Notes: generated by a model not told the origin, from the letters alone. Shown: positions 45,451 through 54,955, counted from the stretch's first letter. The stretch: DNA of 64,000 bases from Christensenella sp. (GCA_034926785.1 JAYFQU010000027.1:11400-75399), one strand, 5' to 3'. A program made the numbers and translations.

Positions 45451-46559
45451 CTCTTCGAAATCTCCAAGTATTCATTCATTAGTGTCGATGCTGCCGACTC
45501 GATATCGTAGCCTTTCGATATAAACGCATTTCGGTTCAATTCGCGAGAAGACGCTGGCTTAGCATAAATCATACGCTCAGCCCAAAGGTCTGCTCGGTCA
45601 GGTGGGAGCGGCTCACAGGAAATGACATTCGTATCACGTGGAATTCTATCCGATGCATAGCAGGGCAGTCCATTGGCCTGTGCTTCAATGAGCGCTATAC
45701 CCAGCCCTTCAAACCAAGAAGGCAGCACAAACAAATCAAATGCCGAAAGCAGCGCAGGAACATCACACCTTTCACCTGTAAGCAATACATTCCCTTCGAG
45801 TCCTTGCTCCAAGATGCGCCGATTCAACATTTCATGATCCGGGCCATCACCTACGAGTACGAGTGTCAGGTCTGTACGTCTGGATTTTGCCAGTTGTAAC
45901 ATATTTAATAGCAAAGTTTGATTCTTAACTCGGTCATTCAGTCGCGCGACACATCCAATTACAAAGCGATCCTCGAGTTTGAGCTCCCTTCGAATCCGGG
46001 TCCTTGCCTTCTCATCAAATCGATAATAATCAGTTTTAATTGCATTTCTTACCATTTTCACTGCGTCTTTTTGTATGAGTTCTTCTCCATACAAAAACTT
46101 TCCAGCAGCCTCAGAACATGCAAAAAGGTCTGTCGCATATTTGGGGATTTTTCTGCGAGCAAAATTATTCGCAAACTTGTGCAACGCACTTGATGTTAGG
46201 TAGTCAACGCTGTGCGCATGTGACACACATGCACGCACCCCCATATCTTTTGCTATTTTAAGAGAATATCCGTTCATTCCCTCCATGTGTGCGTGTACAA
46301 TATCATATCCCCCAGCGATCGCTCGCTCGATCCCCCGCCGGTTCGCAAGCGGTTGTTTCCCTCGGTACGGTACATGATAGACCTTTGCGCCGAGGGAGAG
46401 CGCATCCTGCTCCCGCGCGCCCGGCTCCAAGCCATGCACCAAAAAATCCACCGCGACAAGATTTCGGTCAAATTCCGCCGCATAGGAAAGCATCCAGCTG
46501 GCGATTCCGCCGTAATCCAGCGACCCGCCGCTGACAAAGAGCACACGCACAGGATTCAT
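45447..46559 (-). CDS. Glycosyltransferase family 4 (GT-B)
   Basis: FVLPSWFEGLGIALIEAQANGLPCYASD. 370 aa. ATGA-type overlaps with both neighbouring genes. Confidence 0.88.
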   Translation of the reverse strand: MNPVRVLFVSGGSLDYGGIASWMLSYAAEFDRNLVAVDFLVHGLEPGAREQDALSLGAKVYHVPYRGKQPLANRRGIERAIAGGYDIVHAHMEGMNGYSLKIAKDMGVRACVSHAHSVDYLTSSALHKFANNFARRKIPKYATDLFACSEAAGKFLYGEELIQKDAVKMVRNAIKTDYYRFDEKARTRIRRELKLEDRFVIGCVARLNDRVKNQTLLLNMLQLAKSRRTDLTLVLVGDGPDHEMLNRRILEQGLEGNVLLTGERCDVPALLSAFDLFVLPSWFEGLGIALIEAQANGLPCYASDRIPRDTNVISCEPLPPDRADLWAERMIYAKPASSRELNRNAFISKGYDIESAASTLMNEYLEISKR

Positions 46560-47758
46560 AGGTTGTCCCCCCCGTTCAGCCGCGCATAGAGCGCGGCATA
46601 GTCGCGGTAGCGATCCTGTTGGTCAAACATCTTCGCGCGGCGCAGACAGTTTTCCCGTTTGAACGTACCCGATCGCAGCACCGCATCCGCAAGCGCAGGG
46701 AAATCTCCCTTGGGCACGGCGGCGCCGCAACTATCGTCAAGGGATTCCGCACAGCCGCCGACATCATAGCATATAACCGGTGTTCCGCAGGCGAGCGCTT
46801 CAATCTGCGTGGTTGGGAACGTGTCCTCCACGGTTGGGTTCACGAACACATCCGCCGCGGAATACCACGCCGCCAGCTCCGCCGCGTTCGCCGTGCGCTG
46901 GACGCCGATTACGCCCTTGGGCAGCGATTTGAGCTGCTGCGGCGAGAGTCCGACAAGAGCGACGGTGGAATCCCCAGACAGCCGCTCCGCAAGATCGACC
47001 AGTGTCGAAAGGCCTTTCCTAGGTTCCCAGTAGTTCGAAACGCCGAGCACGAGCCGCTGATTCGCATCTATGCCATAGCGCGCGCGAAGATCGCTTTGCG
47101 TCGGCTGAAACACGCTCGGGTCGATGCCATTGTGAATCGTAACCGTCTCCCTATCCCCCAAAAATGACTGGTTTGCCAGCTTCGCGAGCCAGTTTGAAGG
47201 CGTCACGATGGTCAGTTGCGCCAGTTGGGAGGTCAGCTCCTTCTTCTCCGCGAAATTCCTTGCGGATTGATCCAGCAGGATACTCTTTGGATACTCTTTT
47301 TTCAACTGGCAGTCGTGGCACTTCTCCCGCCAGCGCATGCACCCATATGCGTCAAAATGCGCGCAATGCCCCGTAAACGCATTGCAGTCGTGCAGCGTCC
47401 AAACCACAGGTTTCCCGTAGCCGGCGAGGAACGGGAGCAATATGCTCTGGTCGAGATAATAGCCGTGCAGATTGTGCAGCTGAATCACATCCGGCGCATA
47501 CGCCTCAATAAGGCGCGCCATACGCCGCGTCGCCGCCGAAGAAGCAAACCCCTGCCGATCGGATAGCCGCGCATAGGCCACATGCGTAAAAAATCCCAGT
47601 TGGCTTTCGATTCGCTCCGAGGCTATGCCCTCCGCAGGACCTCCCCGTCCATAGAGGAGCAAACTCTCATGCCCCTGTTCGCGAAGAACGCGAGACACGC
47701 CCGCGGCGATGCGCCCCGTGCTGCCCGAACAAACAGAATTGATCTGCAAAATCTTCAT
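46556..47758 (-). CDS. Glycosyltransferase family 4 (GT-B)
   Basis: MKILQINSVCSGSTGRIA N-terminus and VFVNPTVEDTFPTTQIEALACGTPVICYD. Start trimmed to ATG 47758. Confidence 0.88.
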   Translation of the reverse strand: MKILQINSVCSGSTGRIAAGVSRVLREQGHESLLLYGRGGPAEGIASERIESQLGFFTHVAYARLSDRQGFASSAATRRMARLIEAYAPDVIQLHNLHGYYLDQSILLPFLAGYGKPVVWTLHDCNAFTGHCAHFDAYGCMRWREKCHDCQLKKEYPKSILLDQSARNFAEKKELTSQLAQLTIVTPSNWLAKLANQSFLGDRETVTIHNGIDPSVFQPTQSDLRARYGIDANQRLVLGVSNYWEPRKGLSTLVDLAERLSGDSTVALVGLSPQQLKSLPKGVIGVQRTANAAELAAWYSAADVFVNPTVEDTFPTTQIEALACGTPVICYDVGGCAESLDDSCGAAVPKGDFPALADAVLRSGTFKRENCLRRAKMFDQQDRYRDYAALYARLNGGDNL

Positions 47759-47794
47759 ACGGCATATTTTAACATATGCGTCATAATGAGGCAA

Positions 47795-47823
47795 TTGCCC
47801 GCACAAGAGCTTTGTACTATAAT
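47795..47823 (+). promoter_or_regulatory. Predicted promoter of the glycyl-radical enzyme operon
   Basis: TTGCCC (47795-47800), 17 nt, TATAAT (47818-47823). This leaves a ~100-nt leader ending in hairpin CAAGCA-aggcg-TGCTTG plus TTTTT (47889-47910). Confidence 0.55.
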
Positions 47824-47931
47824 AAGAGGATGATGAACCGCAACTCCGGCACATTTCATTGATTCACTTCTGGCAAACGACGGTCACGCAAGCAAGGCGT
47901 GCTTGTTTTTCTCTGGAAAGGAGCGCATATC

Positions 47932-50421
47932 ATGGAGGCAGTCAAAAAGTCGAGCGTCAAGGAACCCTTCAACCTCTCAAAGCGGATTGAGTGGCTCCGG
48001 AACTATTATTTTCAGGGCGACAAGCGCACCTGGAACAATGAATTCAGCGCGTTTACCACCGGCGCGCCGTGGGACGAGGTTTTCGACGAAACCTCCTTTT
48101 TAATCGTACCGGAGGTCTATTCGTTTTTGCCGACGTTTCGCAGGTCCTTCCAGATGTCCGCCCGCACCATCGTCCCGCCAAAGGGGTTCTATTCCCTTTC
48201 CCTGCCCGAACGTCGGGCGTGGATCATCAAAGAAGCCATCGTTAACCGCGTGCCGCAGGAATTGCTTCCGGGCGATCTCATCGCAGGCGGGCGGTTCAAC
48301 GTCATGGCCTCCCGCTGCTGGAGCAAGACCGAAGCCAAGACGCGAAACGAAGCCATGCTTGGCAAGGATGGCATCCGTGCGGCGACGCTGGAGTTTCAGG
48401 ATCGCGGATACGGCAATTGCGGCGCCACCAGCGGGCACCTGATCCCCGATTATCCGCGCATACTCCGGATGGGGTTCAGCGGCGTTAAGGCGGAGATTCA
48501 GGCGCACTATGATGCGCTTCCCCTTGCGGATAAAACGGGCGCAAAGGGCGGGCAGCTGCGCGGCATGTTGCTCAGCTGCGACACCCCGATCGAGCTCGCC
48601 GCCAAATATGCCGCGCTGTGCGAAGCGCAGGCAACCGCCGAAACGGATGCGGCGCGCAAAGCGGAGCTGCTCTCGATGCGGGAGGTCCTCCGCCATGTGC
48701 CAAACGAACCAGCGCGCAATTTTCACGAAGCGCTGCAATCCCTCTGGCTCACGCATATGCTCGTGCTCACGGACGAAAACTATCCCGGCGCGGGTGTTTC
48801 GTTCGGACGTATCGACCAATACCTGCTGCCCTATTGGGAGGAGTCCGTCCGTCAGGGCATGAACCGTGAATTTGGCAAAGAATTGCTCAAGTGCTTCTGG
48901 ATGCACTGTAACTATGCCTATGACGCAATGATTCAAACGGGCAATCAGGGTATTACAGCGGGATACGGCCAGCTCTTCAACCTCTCCGGCATGGGCAGGG
49001 ATGGCGTGGATCTCACCAACGAGCTCACATGGGTGTTTCTCGAAGTGATCGACGAGATGAGTCCGATTCTCGAGCCCAAGCCGAACGTGCGGCTGCACCA
49101 GAATTCTCCGGAAGCGCTGCTGGACAAAGTGGTGGACATGATCTCCACAAGTCAGGGCGCGCCGTTTCTGCTCAACTTTGACGAGCGCTCCATGGCGGGT
49201 ATGCTGGAGGAGGCAAGGCGCGCGCATGTCGAGCATTTGATCAACGAGGATAACGTGTTTGACTATGCCTCGGTCGGCTGTCTTGAAAACACCATGTGCG
49301 GCAACGACCGCTCGGCCACCGTAGACTGCAACCCGAATCTCGTCAAGGCAGTGGAGTTGACGCTCGGCAACGGGCAGGATCTCGTCACCTATACCGACGC
49401 GCTTTGGAGCAAGCCTTACCCAGCGGAAACCGGCGCGCCCAGGACGGGTGACCCGCGCGCGTTTGCGGACTTCGAGGTCTTCTACGAGGCGTTTCTCGCA
49501 CAGCTCAACTATGTGATTCTTCGTATGGCAAGGCTGTATGAACGCTCCACCGAGCTGCGGGCGGCCTATGCACCGACGCCGTATTTAAGCTGCCTCGTAC
49601 GCGGCTGCGCGGAGTCCGCCAAGGACTGCACGCAAGGCGGAGCGGAGCTTTCATTCGTCACCGTAGAGGGCGTTACCTTCGCCACAACGGTTGACTCCTT
49701 ACTCGCAATCCGTTATCTTGTTTATGAAAAAAAGATCTGCACGATGGATACGCTTATCCGCGCGCTGCAGGCAAACTGGAAGGGCTATGAGATTCTGCAG
49801 GCGCAAGCGAAGAATCGCGCCCCGAAATATGGCCGCGATGACGACGCGGCGGACGCGCTTGCCGCGCGGCTGATGCGGGACTGGTCGGATATCGTCTGGC
49901 GCTATCAGACCAAAAGCACCAACGCGCAGTTCCGACCCGGCATGCTGAGCTGGAACTACTGGATTGGCTCCGGCTTCATCCTCCCAGCCACGGCGGACGG
50001 GCGCGCCCGCGGGCAGTTTTTAAGCAACGCCATCTGCCCCGTTAACGGCGCGGATACCAACGGGCCGACCGGTAACACCAACTCGGTCGGCAAGGTGCTT
50101 GGCGGTCGGGACGAATTCGGCAAAGTGCAGAACCTGCTGCCCAACGGTGCGAGCCACACCATCACGCTCTCTCCTTCACTGATGCGGGACCACGAACGGC
50201 GCGCGAAACTCAAGGCGTTTTTGCGCGGTTACATTCAAAACGGCGGCACGGCGCTGCAGATCAATATTCTCGACGCGGAGACGCTCAAAGACGCACAGCA
50301 GCACCCGGAGAACTATCGTAACCTTCTGGTCCGCATCACGGGCTATAACGCATATTTCACGAGCATCGGCAGAGAACTGCAAAACGAAATAATTGCAAGG
50401 GAAAGTCACAACCGGTATTGA
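47932..50421 (+). CDS. Glycyl radical enzyme, PFL2/glycerol-dehydratase (eliminase-type) family, substrate unknown
   Basis: 829 aa. C-terminal glycyl radical motif LLVRITGYNAYF, active-site SVGCLEN (Cys-x-Glu as in dehydratase/lyase GREs) and ATADGRARGQFLSNAICPVNGAD. ATG 47932 lies behind AAAGGAG. Confidence 0.9.
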   Translation: MEAVKKSSVKEPFNLSKRIEWLRNYYFQGDKRTWNNEFSAFTTGAPWDEVFDETSFLIVPEVYSFLPTFRRSFQMSARTIVPPKGFYSLSLPERRAWIIKEAIVNRVPQELLPGDLIAGGRFNVMASRCWSKTEAKTRNEAMLGKDGIRAATLEFQDRGYGNCGATSGHLIPDYPRILRMGFSGVKAEIQAHYDALPLADKTGAKGGQLRGMLLSCDTPIELAAKYAALCEAQATAETDAARKAELLSMREVLRHVPNEPARNFHEALQSLWLTHMLVLTDENYPGAGVSFGRIDQYLLPYWEESVRQGMNREFGKELLKCFWMHCNYAYDAMIQTGNQGITAGYGQLFNLSGMGRDGVDLTNELTWVFLEVIDEMSPILEPKPNVRLHQNSPEALLDKVVDMISTSQGAPFLLNFDERSMAGMLEEARRAHVEHLINEDNVFDYASVGCLENTMCGNDRSATVDCNPNLVKAVELTLGNGQDLVTYTDALWSKPYPAETGAPRTGDPRAFADFEVFYEAFLAQLNYVILRMARLYERSTELRAAYAPTPYLSCLVRGCAESAKDCTQGGAELSFVTVEGVTFATTVDSLLAIRYLVYEKKICTMDTLIRALQANWKGYEILQAQAKNRAPKYGRDDDAADALAARLMRDWSDIVWRYQTKSTNAQFRPGMLSWNYWIGSGFILPATADGRARGQFLSNAICPVNGADTNGPTGNTNSVGKVLGGRDEFGKVQNLLPNGASHTITLSPSLMRDHERRAKLKAFLRGYIQNGGTALQINILDAETLKDAQQHPENYRNLLVRITGYNAYFTSIGRELQNEIIARESHNRY

Positions 50422-50422
50422 T

Positions 50423-51355
50423 ATGACAAAAATCCGCTACCTCGATATCCAGCGCATGTCCAGTGAGGACGGCCCCGGCCTCCGTACGACAATCTTCTTC
50501 AAGGGCTGTTCGCTCGCCTGCGCCTGGTGCCATAATCCCGAAAGCATTGCAAAAAAGTTTCAGGTGCACTGGCTGAGCCATCGCTGCATCGGCTGTGGCA
50601 GTTGCGAGGGCGTTTGCCCGAACAACGCGTTAACGCGAGATGAAAGCGGCGTGCATATCGACCGCCGCCTCTGCACGGGTTGTTGCGCCTGCGTTGGCGC
50701 CTGCCCCACGCTCGCGCTGGAATGTAAGGGCATCGACGCCGAGCCGGAGGAACTCTGCCGGGAACTCGTCAAGGATCGCGCCTATTTTGGACGCGACGGC
50801 GGGGTGACCCTATCCGGTGGCGAGGCGCTGTTGCAGGAGGGGGCGGTTGAACTGCTTCGCCTGCTCAAGCTGGAAGGTATCCAAACCGCCGTGGACACCT
50901 GTGGTATGGTTTTTACGGAACAATTGCAGGCCGCCTTGCCGTATACGGATCTCTTGCTGTATGATCTCAAGATTATGAACGATGCGGATCATCAGCGCTG
51001 GACCGGGCGCGGAAATGCGATGATCTTGCGCAATCTCGGCGTAGCGGCGCTCTGGGCGAAGGGAAACGGCAGGCTCTGGATTCGAACCCCAATCATCCCC
51101 GGCGCAACAGATTCCGACGAGAATATCCACGCCATCGGAGACCGCATTAACGCCATTGGCGGGGCGGAGCGCTGGGAGCTCTGCGCGTTTAACAACCTTT
51201 GTGCGGACAAGTATAAGAGGCTGGACATCGATTGGGCTTTTCAACACACGCCGCTGATCAAACGGCGGCATATGGAGCACCTTCTCGAAGTTGCGCGGAG
51301 CACCCGCGCCTGCGAGGACATCCGCGCGACGGGCGCGCTTGACGAAGAGGAGTAA
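50423..51355 (+). CDS. Glycyl-radical enzyme activating protein (radical SAM)
   Basis: GCSLACAWCHNPE is a CxxxCxxC motif. Two ferredoxin-type motifs, CIGCGSCEGVCP and CTGCCACVGACP. Starts 1 nt after the GRE stop. Confidence 0.92.
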   Translation: MTKIRYLDIQRMSSEDGPGLRTTIFFKGCSLACAWCHNPESIAKKFQVHWLSHRCIGCGSCEGVCPNNALTRDESGVHIDRRLCTGCCACVGACPTLALECKGIDAEPEELCRELVKDRAYFGRDGGVTLSGGEALLQEGAVELLRLLKLEGIQTAVDTCGMVFTEQLQAALPYTDLLLYDLKIMNDADHQRWTGRGNAMILRNLGVAALWAKGNGRLWIRTPIIPGATDSDENIHAIGDRINAIGGAERWELCAFNNLCADKYKRLDIDWAFQHTPLIKRRHMEHLLEVARSTRACEDIRATGALDEEE

Positions 51356-51359
51356 AGCG

Positions 51360-52184
51360 ATGAAACCTTCGTATTTCGACCGAATCAACGATCCTTCCAT
51401 TCGAATGATGGAGTGCGACAGTAAGATTGGTGTGCTTGCTACAGAGGATGAAAACGGATATCCGCATCTGTCGTTCCTCTCGTCCATTCAGGCGTTGGGG
51501 GATCGCGCGCTCACATTTGGTCAGTTCTCCGCGGGCTTAAGCAAGCGGTTCGTCATGGATCGGCCACGCGTTGGTTTCCTCGTGCTGAGTGCGGATAAGC
51601 GCTTCCTTTCCGGCAACGCCACCTACACCCACAGCGCAAATACGGGCAGGGAATTCGATCTTTACAACAACAAGCCACTCTTTCGGTATAACTCCTACAT
51701 GGGGTTTTATCGTGTCTTTTATCTCAATCTGGATCGCATCAGCGCCATCAAGCCGCTGCCGATGGGTCGAATTGTCCTGGGCGCCATCCTCTCCCGTGCG
51801 AAGGCCCTGCTTGTAAAGCGCAGCGAAAAGCGCGCGCTCCCGCCGGTCGGCCAGATGCTCTTCTCCCAACTGGATTCCTTAAAATTCCTCTGTTATTTTG
51901 ACCAAAACGCCGATGCGGTGCTTCTCCCGGTCGTACAGGCGACCAGCGCGGGTTCGGATCGCATCGCGCTCTGCGGCGTTCCATATGGAAGCGCGCTCGC
52001 GCAGATACCCGACGGCGCAAAGTGCGCGATCCTCTGCCTGAACCTCAAGATGGAAAGCGTGCTGGTAAAGGGGCGCTATTCCAAAGGCATCCTTGAAATT
52101 GAGCAGGTCTATAACTCCATGCCGCCCAAGATGGAATATATCTACCCGCGCAGCGAGACGGTCGAACCCGTTCGCACATTCTGA
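51360..52184 (+). CDS. Hypothetical protein, possible tandem pyridoxamine-5'-phosphate-oxidase-like (FMN-binding split barrel) fold
   Basis: 274 aa. KIGVLATEDENGYPHLSFLSS resembles the first strands of PNPOx-like proteins. Starts 4 nt after the activase stop. Confidence 0.45.
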   Translation: MKPSYFDRINDPSIRMMECDSKIGVLATEDENGYPHLSFLSSIQALGDRALTFGQFSAGLSKRFVMDRPRVGFLVLSADKRFLSGNATYTHSANTGREFDLYNNKPLFRYNSYMGFYRVFYLNLDRISAIKPLPMGRIVLGAILSRAKALLVKRSEKRALPPVGQMLFSQLDSLKFLCYFDQNADAVLLPVVQATSAGSDRIALCGVPYGSALAQIPDGAKCAILCLNLKMESVLVKGRYSKGILEIEQVYNSMPPKMEYIYPRSETVEPVRTF

Positions 52185-52212
52185 CCCTAGATCAGCAGAC
52201 CAACATGCGAAA

Positions 52213-52238
52213 GCGGAGGATCGCTCCCCCGCTTTTTT
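52213..52238 (+). terminator. Rho-independent terminator of the GRE operon
   Basis: GCGGAGG-atcgct-CCCCCGC followed by TTTTTTG. Confidence 0.7.
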
Positions 52239-52254
52239 GTATGCTCCCGCTTTT

Positions 52255-52578
52255 TCAGCCGTTCTGCTGGAGATAGCGCGCGATGGTATAAAGAAACTCC
52301 TTATTGCCCGGCGGGTATTTCCCGCGATTGATGAAGAGCTGGTCGAGCCGCTTTTGATTGCCAAAATTCCAGATCGCCTTGATCTCTTCACGAACATTCC
52401 GCTCAATCCGTGCGGGTTTCGTGTTGCAGCGTTCGGCTACTTTCGGGTATAGTACGCGCGTGGTGCTGGTCACCTGTTCCTCCTGCATAATCAGTTCCAG
52501 CGTAATCGCCATTTGCACGTAACCGAGCCGCCCGGTCGGGGCGCCAAGTCTGAGAAGTTCCTGATCGATTTTCGACAT
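52255..52578 (-). CDS. Spo0A C-terminal (DNA-binding) domain-only protein
   Basis: GRLGYVQMAITLELIMQEE...YPKVAERCNTKPARIERNVREEIKAIW parallels the Spo0A_C helix-turn-helix region. No receiver domain is present. Confidence 0.8.
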   Translation of the reverse strand: MSKIDQELLRLGAPTGRLGYVQMAITLELIMQEEQVTSTTRVLYPKVAERCNTKPARIERNVREEIKAIWNFGNQKRLDQLFINRGKYPPGNKEFLYTIARYLQQNG

Positions 52579-52961
52579 CACTCGTCTGTCCTCCCTGTCA
52601 ATTTTCACCCTTAAACAGACATTAATCTACAAAAAACGAAAATACAACGATTCCGCTATTCTTCGAGAATAACCTACAAAATTCGCCTTTTTTCGATTTT
52701 TGTATATACAATATTTCTCCGGCTCAAACCAAAAATTAAGCAAAATTAATCACAGCTGAAAATAATGTTTCATCGCATCGTATTGTTTCAGCATCGTCGG
52801 GCTATTCCAATCGCATCCCGCTATCCATACGAAAATTGCGGGCATCTCCAATGATTCCGGCACTTTTTCACATGATGCGCCAATTGCGGTCTTTATAACG
52901 GCGTGATACAATCAATTGTACCGATCCCATGCGGAAATGATTGATTTTGGAGGAGATCCAT

Positions 52962-54167
52962 ATGCTTTGGAAGATCAAAAAAATCTGGTACCGCGTGTTT
53001 CAGTTTGTGCTAACCTCGGCGATGTATCTCATGCCCTGGCGGCAACCGGAGCTTCTAACCGGAGCGGGCAGCATCAAAAAGCTTCCGGAGTTTATCAAGG
53101 GTAAGGGCGTTGGGAATGTGTTGATCGTAACAGATTCCGTGCTTCGAAAACTTGGGCTTCTCGATTCGTTCTTTGCCGCCTGCGATGCGGCTGGAATAAA
53201 GGGGGTCGTCTATGACGGCGTAGAACCCAACCCTTCCATCGAGAACATCGAAGCGGCGCGTAAGCTCTACGTTGAAAACAAGTGCGATGGCATCGTAGCC
53301 TTTGGCGGCGGTTCTGCGATGGACTGCGCAAAAGCCGCCGGCGCGCGCGTCGTGAAGCCGCGGCAGAGCATCGCGCAGATGGGCGGTACGCTCCGCGTAC
53401 TCAAGCGTCTGCCGCCAATCTTTGCCGTGCCGACCACCGCCGGGACAGGCTCGGAGACCACCATCGCCGCCGTCGTAACCGACCGCGCCGCGCATCATAA
53501 GTATGCCGTGCAGGATCTCTCATTAATTCCACGCTATGCGGTGCTGGATCCGGAACTCACGGTCGGCCTGCCGCCGCATATCACGAGCACGACGGGCATG
53601 GACGCGCTGACGCATGCCGTTGAAGCATACACCAATCTTTTTGCGCCAAAGAGCACGGATAAGCTCGCCGTTGAAGCGGTAAAGCTCATCTTTGAAAACC
53701 TTGAAACCGTATATCAGGACGGAACGAACCTCACCGCGCGGTTCAACATGCAGCTTGCGGCGTTCTATGGCGGGGCGGCCTTTACACGCGCCTGCGTCGG
53801 CTATGTGCACGGAGTTGCGCATACGCTCGGCGGGCTGTATGGCACCCCCCATGGCCTTGCCAACGCGGTTATCTTGCCCTATGTCATGGAGGCGTTCGGT
53901 CCCGCGGTCTACTATAAACTCGCCCGGTTGGCTGAAGCAGTCGGCATCAACGGTAAGGACGACGAGGAGAAGGCGAAGGCGTTCATTCGAGAAATCCGCA
54001 GAATGAACGCAGATATGAAGATACAGGACAAATTTGACTTCATCAAGGATGAAGACATCCCGCAGATGATCAAGTGGGCGATGAAAGAAGCAAACCCGAT
54101 CTATCCCGTCCCCGTGCTCTGGCACGAGCCGGAGTTTGCCGTGCTGATCGCGAAAATTCGCAACTAG
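52962..54167 (+). CDS. Iron-containing (group III) alcohol dehydrogenase
   Basis: GGGSAMDCAKA, PTTAGTGSE, and the His-rich metal site HGVAHTLGGLYGTPHGLANA. ATG 52962 lies behind GGAGGAG. Confidence 0.92.
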   Translation: MLWKIKKIWYRVFQFVLTSAMYLMPWRQPELLTGAGSIKKLPEFIKGKGVGNVLIVTDSVLRKLGLLDSFFAACDAAGIKGVVYDGVEPNPSIENIEAARKLYVENKCDGIVAFGGGSAMDCAKAAGARVVKPRQSIAQMGGTLRVLKRLPPIFAVPTTAGTGSETTIAAVVTDRAAHHKYAVQDLSLIPRYAVLDPELTVGLPPHITSTTGMDALTHAVEAYTNLFAPKSTDKLAVEAVKLIFENLETVYQDGTNLTARFNMQLAAFYGGAAFTRACVGYVHGVAHTLGGLYGTPHGLANAVILPYVMEAFGPAVYYKLARLAEAVGINGKDDEEKAKAFIREIRRMNADMKIQDKFDFIKDEDIPQMIKWAMKEANPIYPVPVLWHEPEFAVLIAKIRN

Positions 54168-54173
54168 GACAAT

Positions 54174-54896
54174 ATGTTGAGCGAAAGATATGAGCGGCAG
54201 ATTCTCTTGCCGGAGGTTGGCGAAGCGGGGCAAGAGCGCCTGCTCCGCTCCTCCGCGCTCGTCGTCGGCTGCGGCGGATTGGGTTCTACGCTGCTCTATT
54301 GCCTCTGCGGCATGGGAGTCGGGCGCATCGGTTTTTGTGACGGGGACGCGGTTTCCCTCAGCAATCTCAACCGGCAGTTTCTGCATTCCGCACAGGACAT
54401 TGGGCGAAATAAGGCGCAATCTGCCTGCGAGAAGCTCTCCGCCTTTGCACCGGAATTACAATTGGAACCGCATATGCAGCGTTTGACAGATGAAAACGCC
54501 GATGCTATCATTTCCGGTTATGACATTGTGCTGCTCGCGGTAGACTCCATCCCCTCTCGCCTGATTGCCAATCGCGCGTGCGTATCCGCCGGTATTCCGC
54601 TTGTCGACGCGGGGGTACATGGCCTCCAAGGCTCGGTGATCAGTATCCGTCCCGGAAACACGGCATGCCTTGCCTGCGTCTTTGGCGAACCATTGCCCAG
54701 CAAGGCGCAGATTCCAAGCTTTGCCCCCATCGTCTCTGCCATTGCCTCGCTGGAGGCGCAAAGCGCGGCGGCCATTCTGCTCGGGCTGCCAGCCCCGACG
54801 GAAGGAAGAATGCTTCTTTTCGACGGAGCCACGATGACGACGGAGTTTGTTCCGCTCTCCAAAAACAAAAGCTGCCCGGTCTGCGGGCAGCATTAA
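54174..54896 (+). CDS. ThiF/MoeB/HesA family E1-like adenylyltransferase
   Basis: RYERQILLPEVGEAGQERL, GCGGLGS, LNRQFLH, and CxxC pairs CLAC/CPVC. No ThiS/MoaD-like gene is adjacent. Confidence 0.85.
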   Translation: MLSERYERQILLPEVGEAGQERLLRSSALVVGCGGLGSTLLYCLCGMGVGRIGFCDGDAVSLSNLNRQFLHSAQDIGRNKAQSACEKLSAFAPELQLEPHMQRLTDENADAIISGYDIVLLAVDSIPSRLIANRACVSAGIPLVDAGVHGLQGSVISIRPGNTACLACVFGEPLPSKAQIPSFAPIVSAIASLEAQSAAAILLGLPAPTEGRMLLFDGATMTTEFVPLSKNKSCPVCGQH

Positions 54897-54915
54897 ACTC
54901 CAGACAAACACAAAA

Positions 54916-54950
54916 ACAGGCATACGGCTATCCGCACGCCTGTTTTTGTT
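54916..54950. terminator. Bidirectional terminator between ThiF-like gene and pyrG
   Basis: AAAAACAGGC-...-GCCTGTTTTTG. Confidence 0.7.
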
Positions 54951-54955
54951 CACCC

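Noticed and set aside
48100-49236. 378-aa minus-strand ORF
   Set aside because: It lies entirely antisense within the glycyl radical enzyme gene and has no RBS or motif support.
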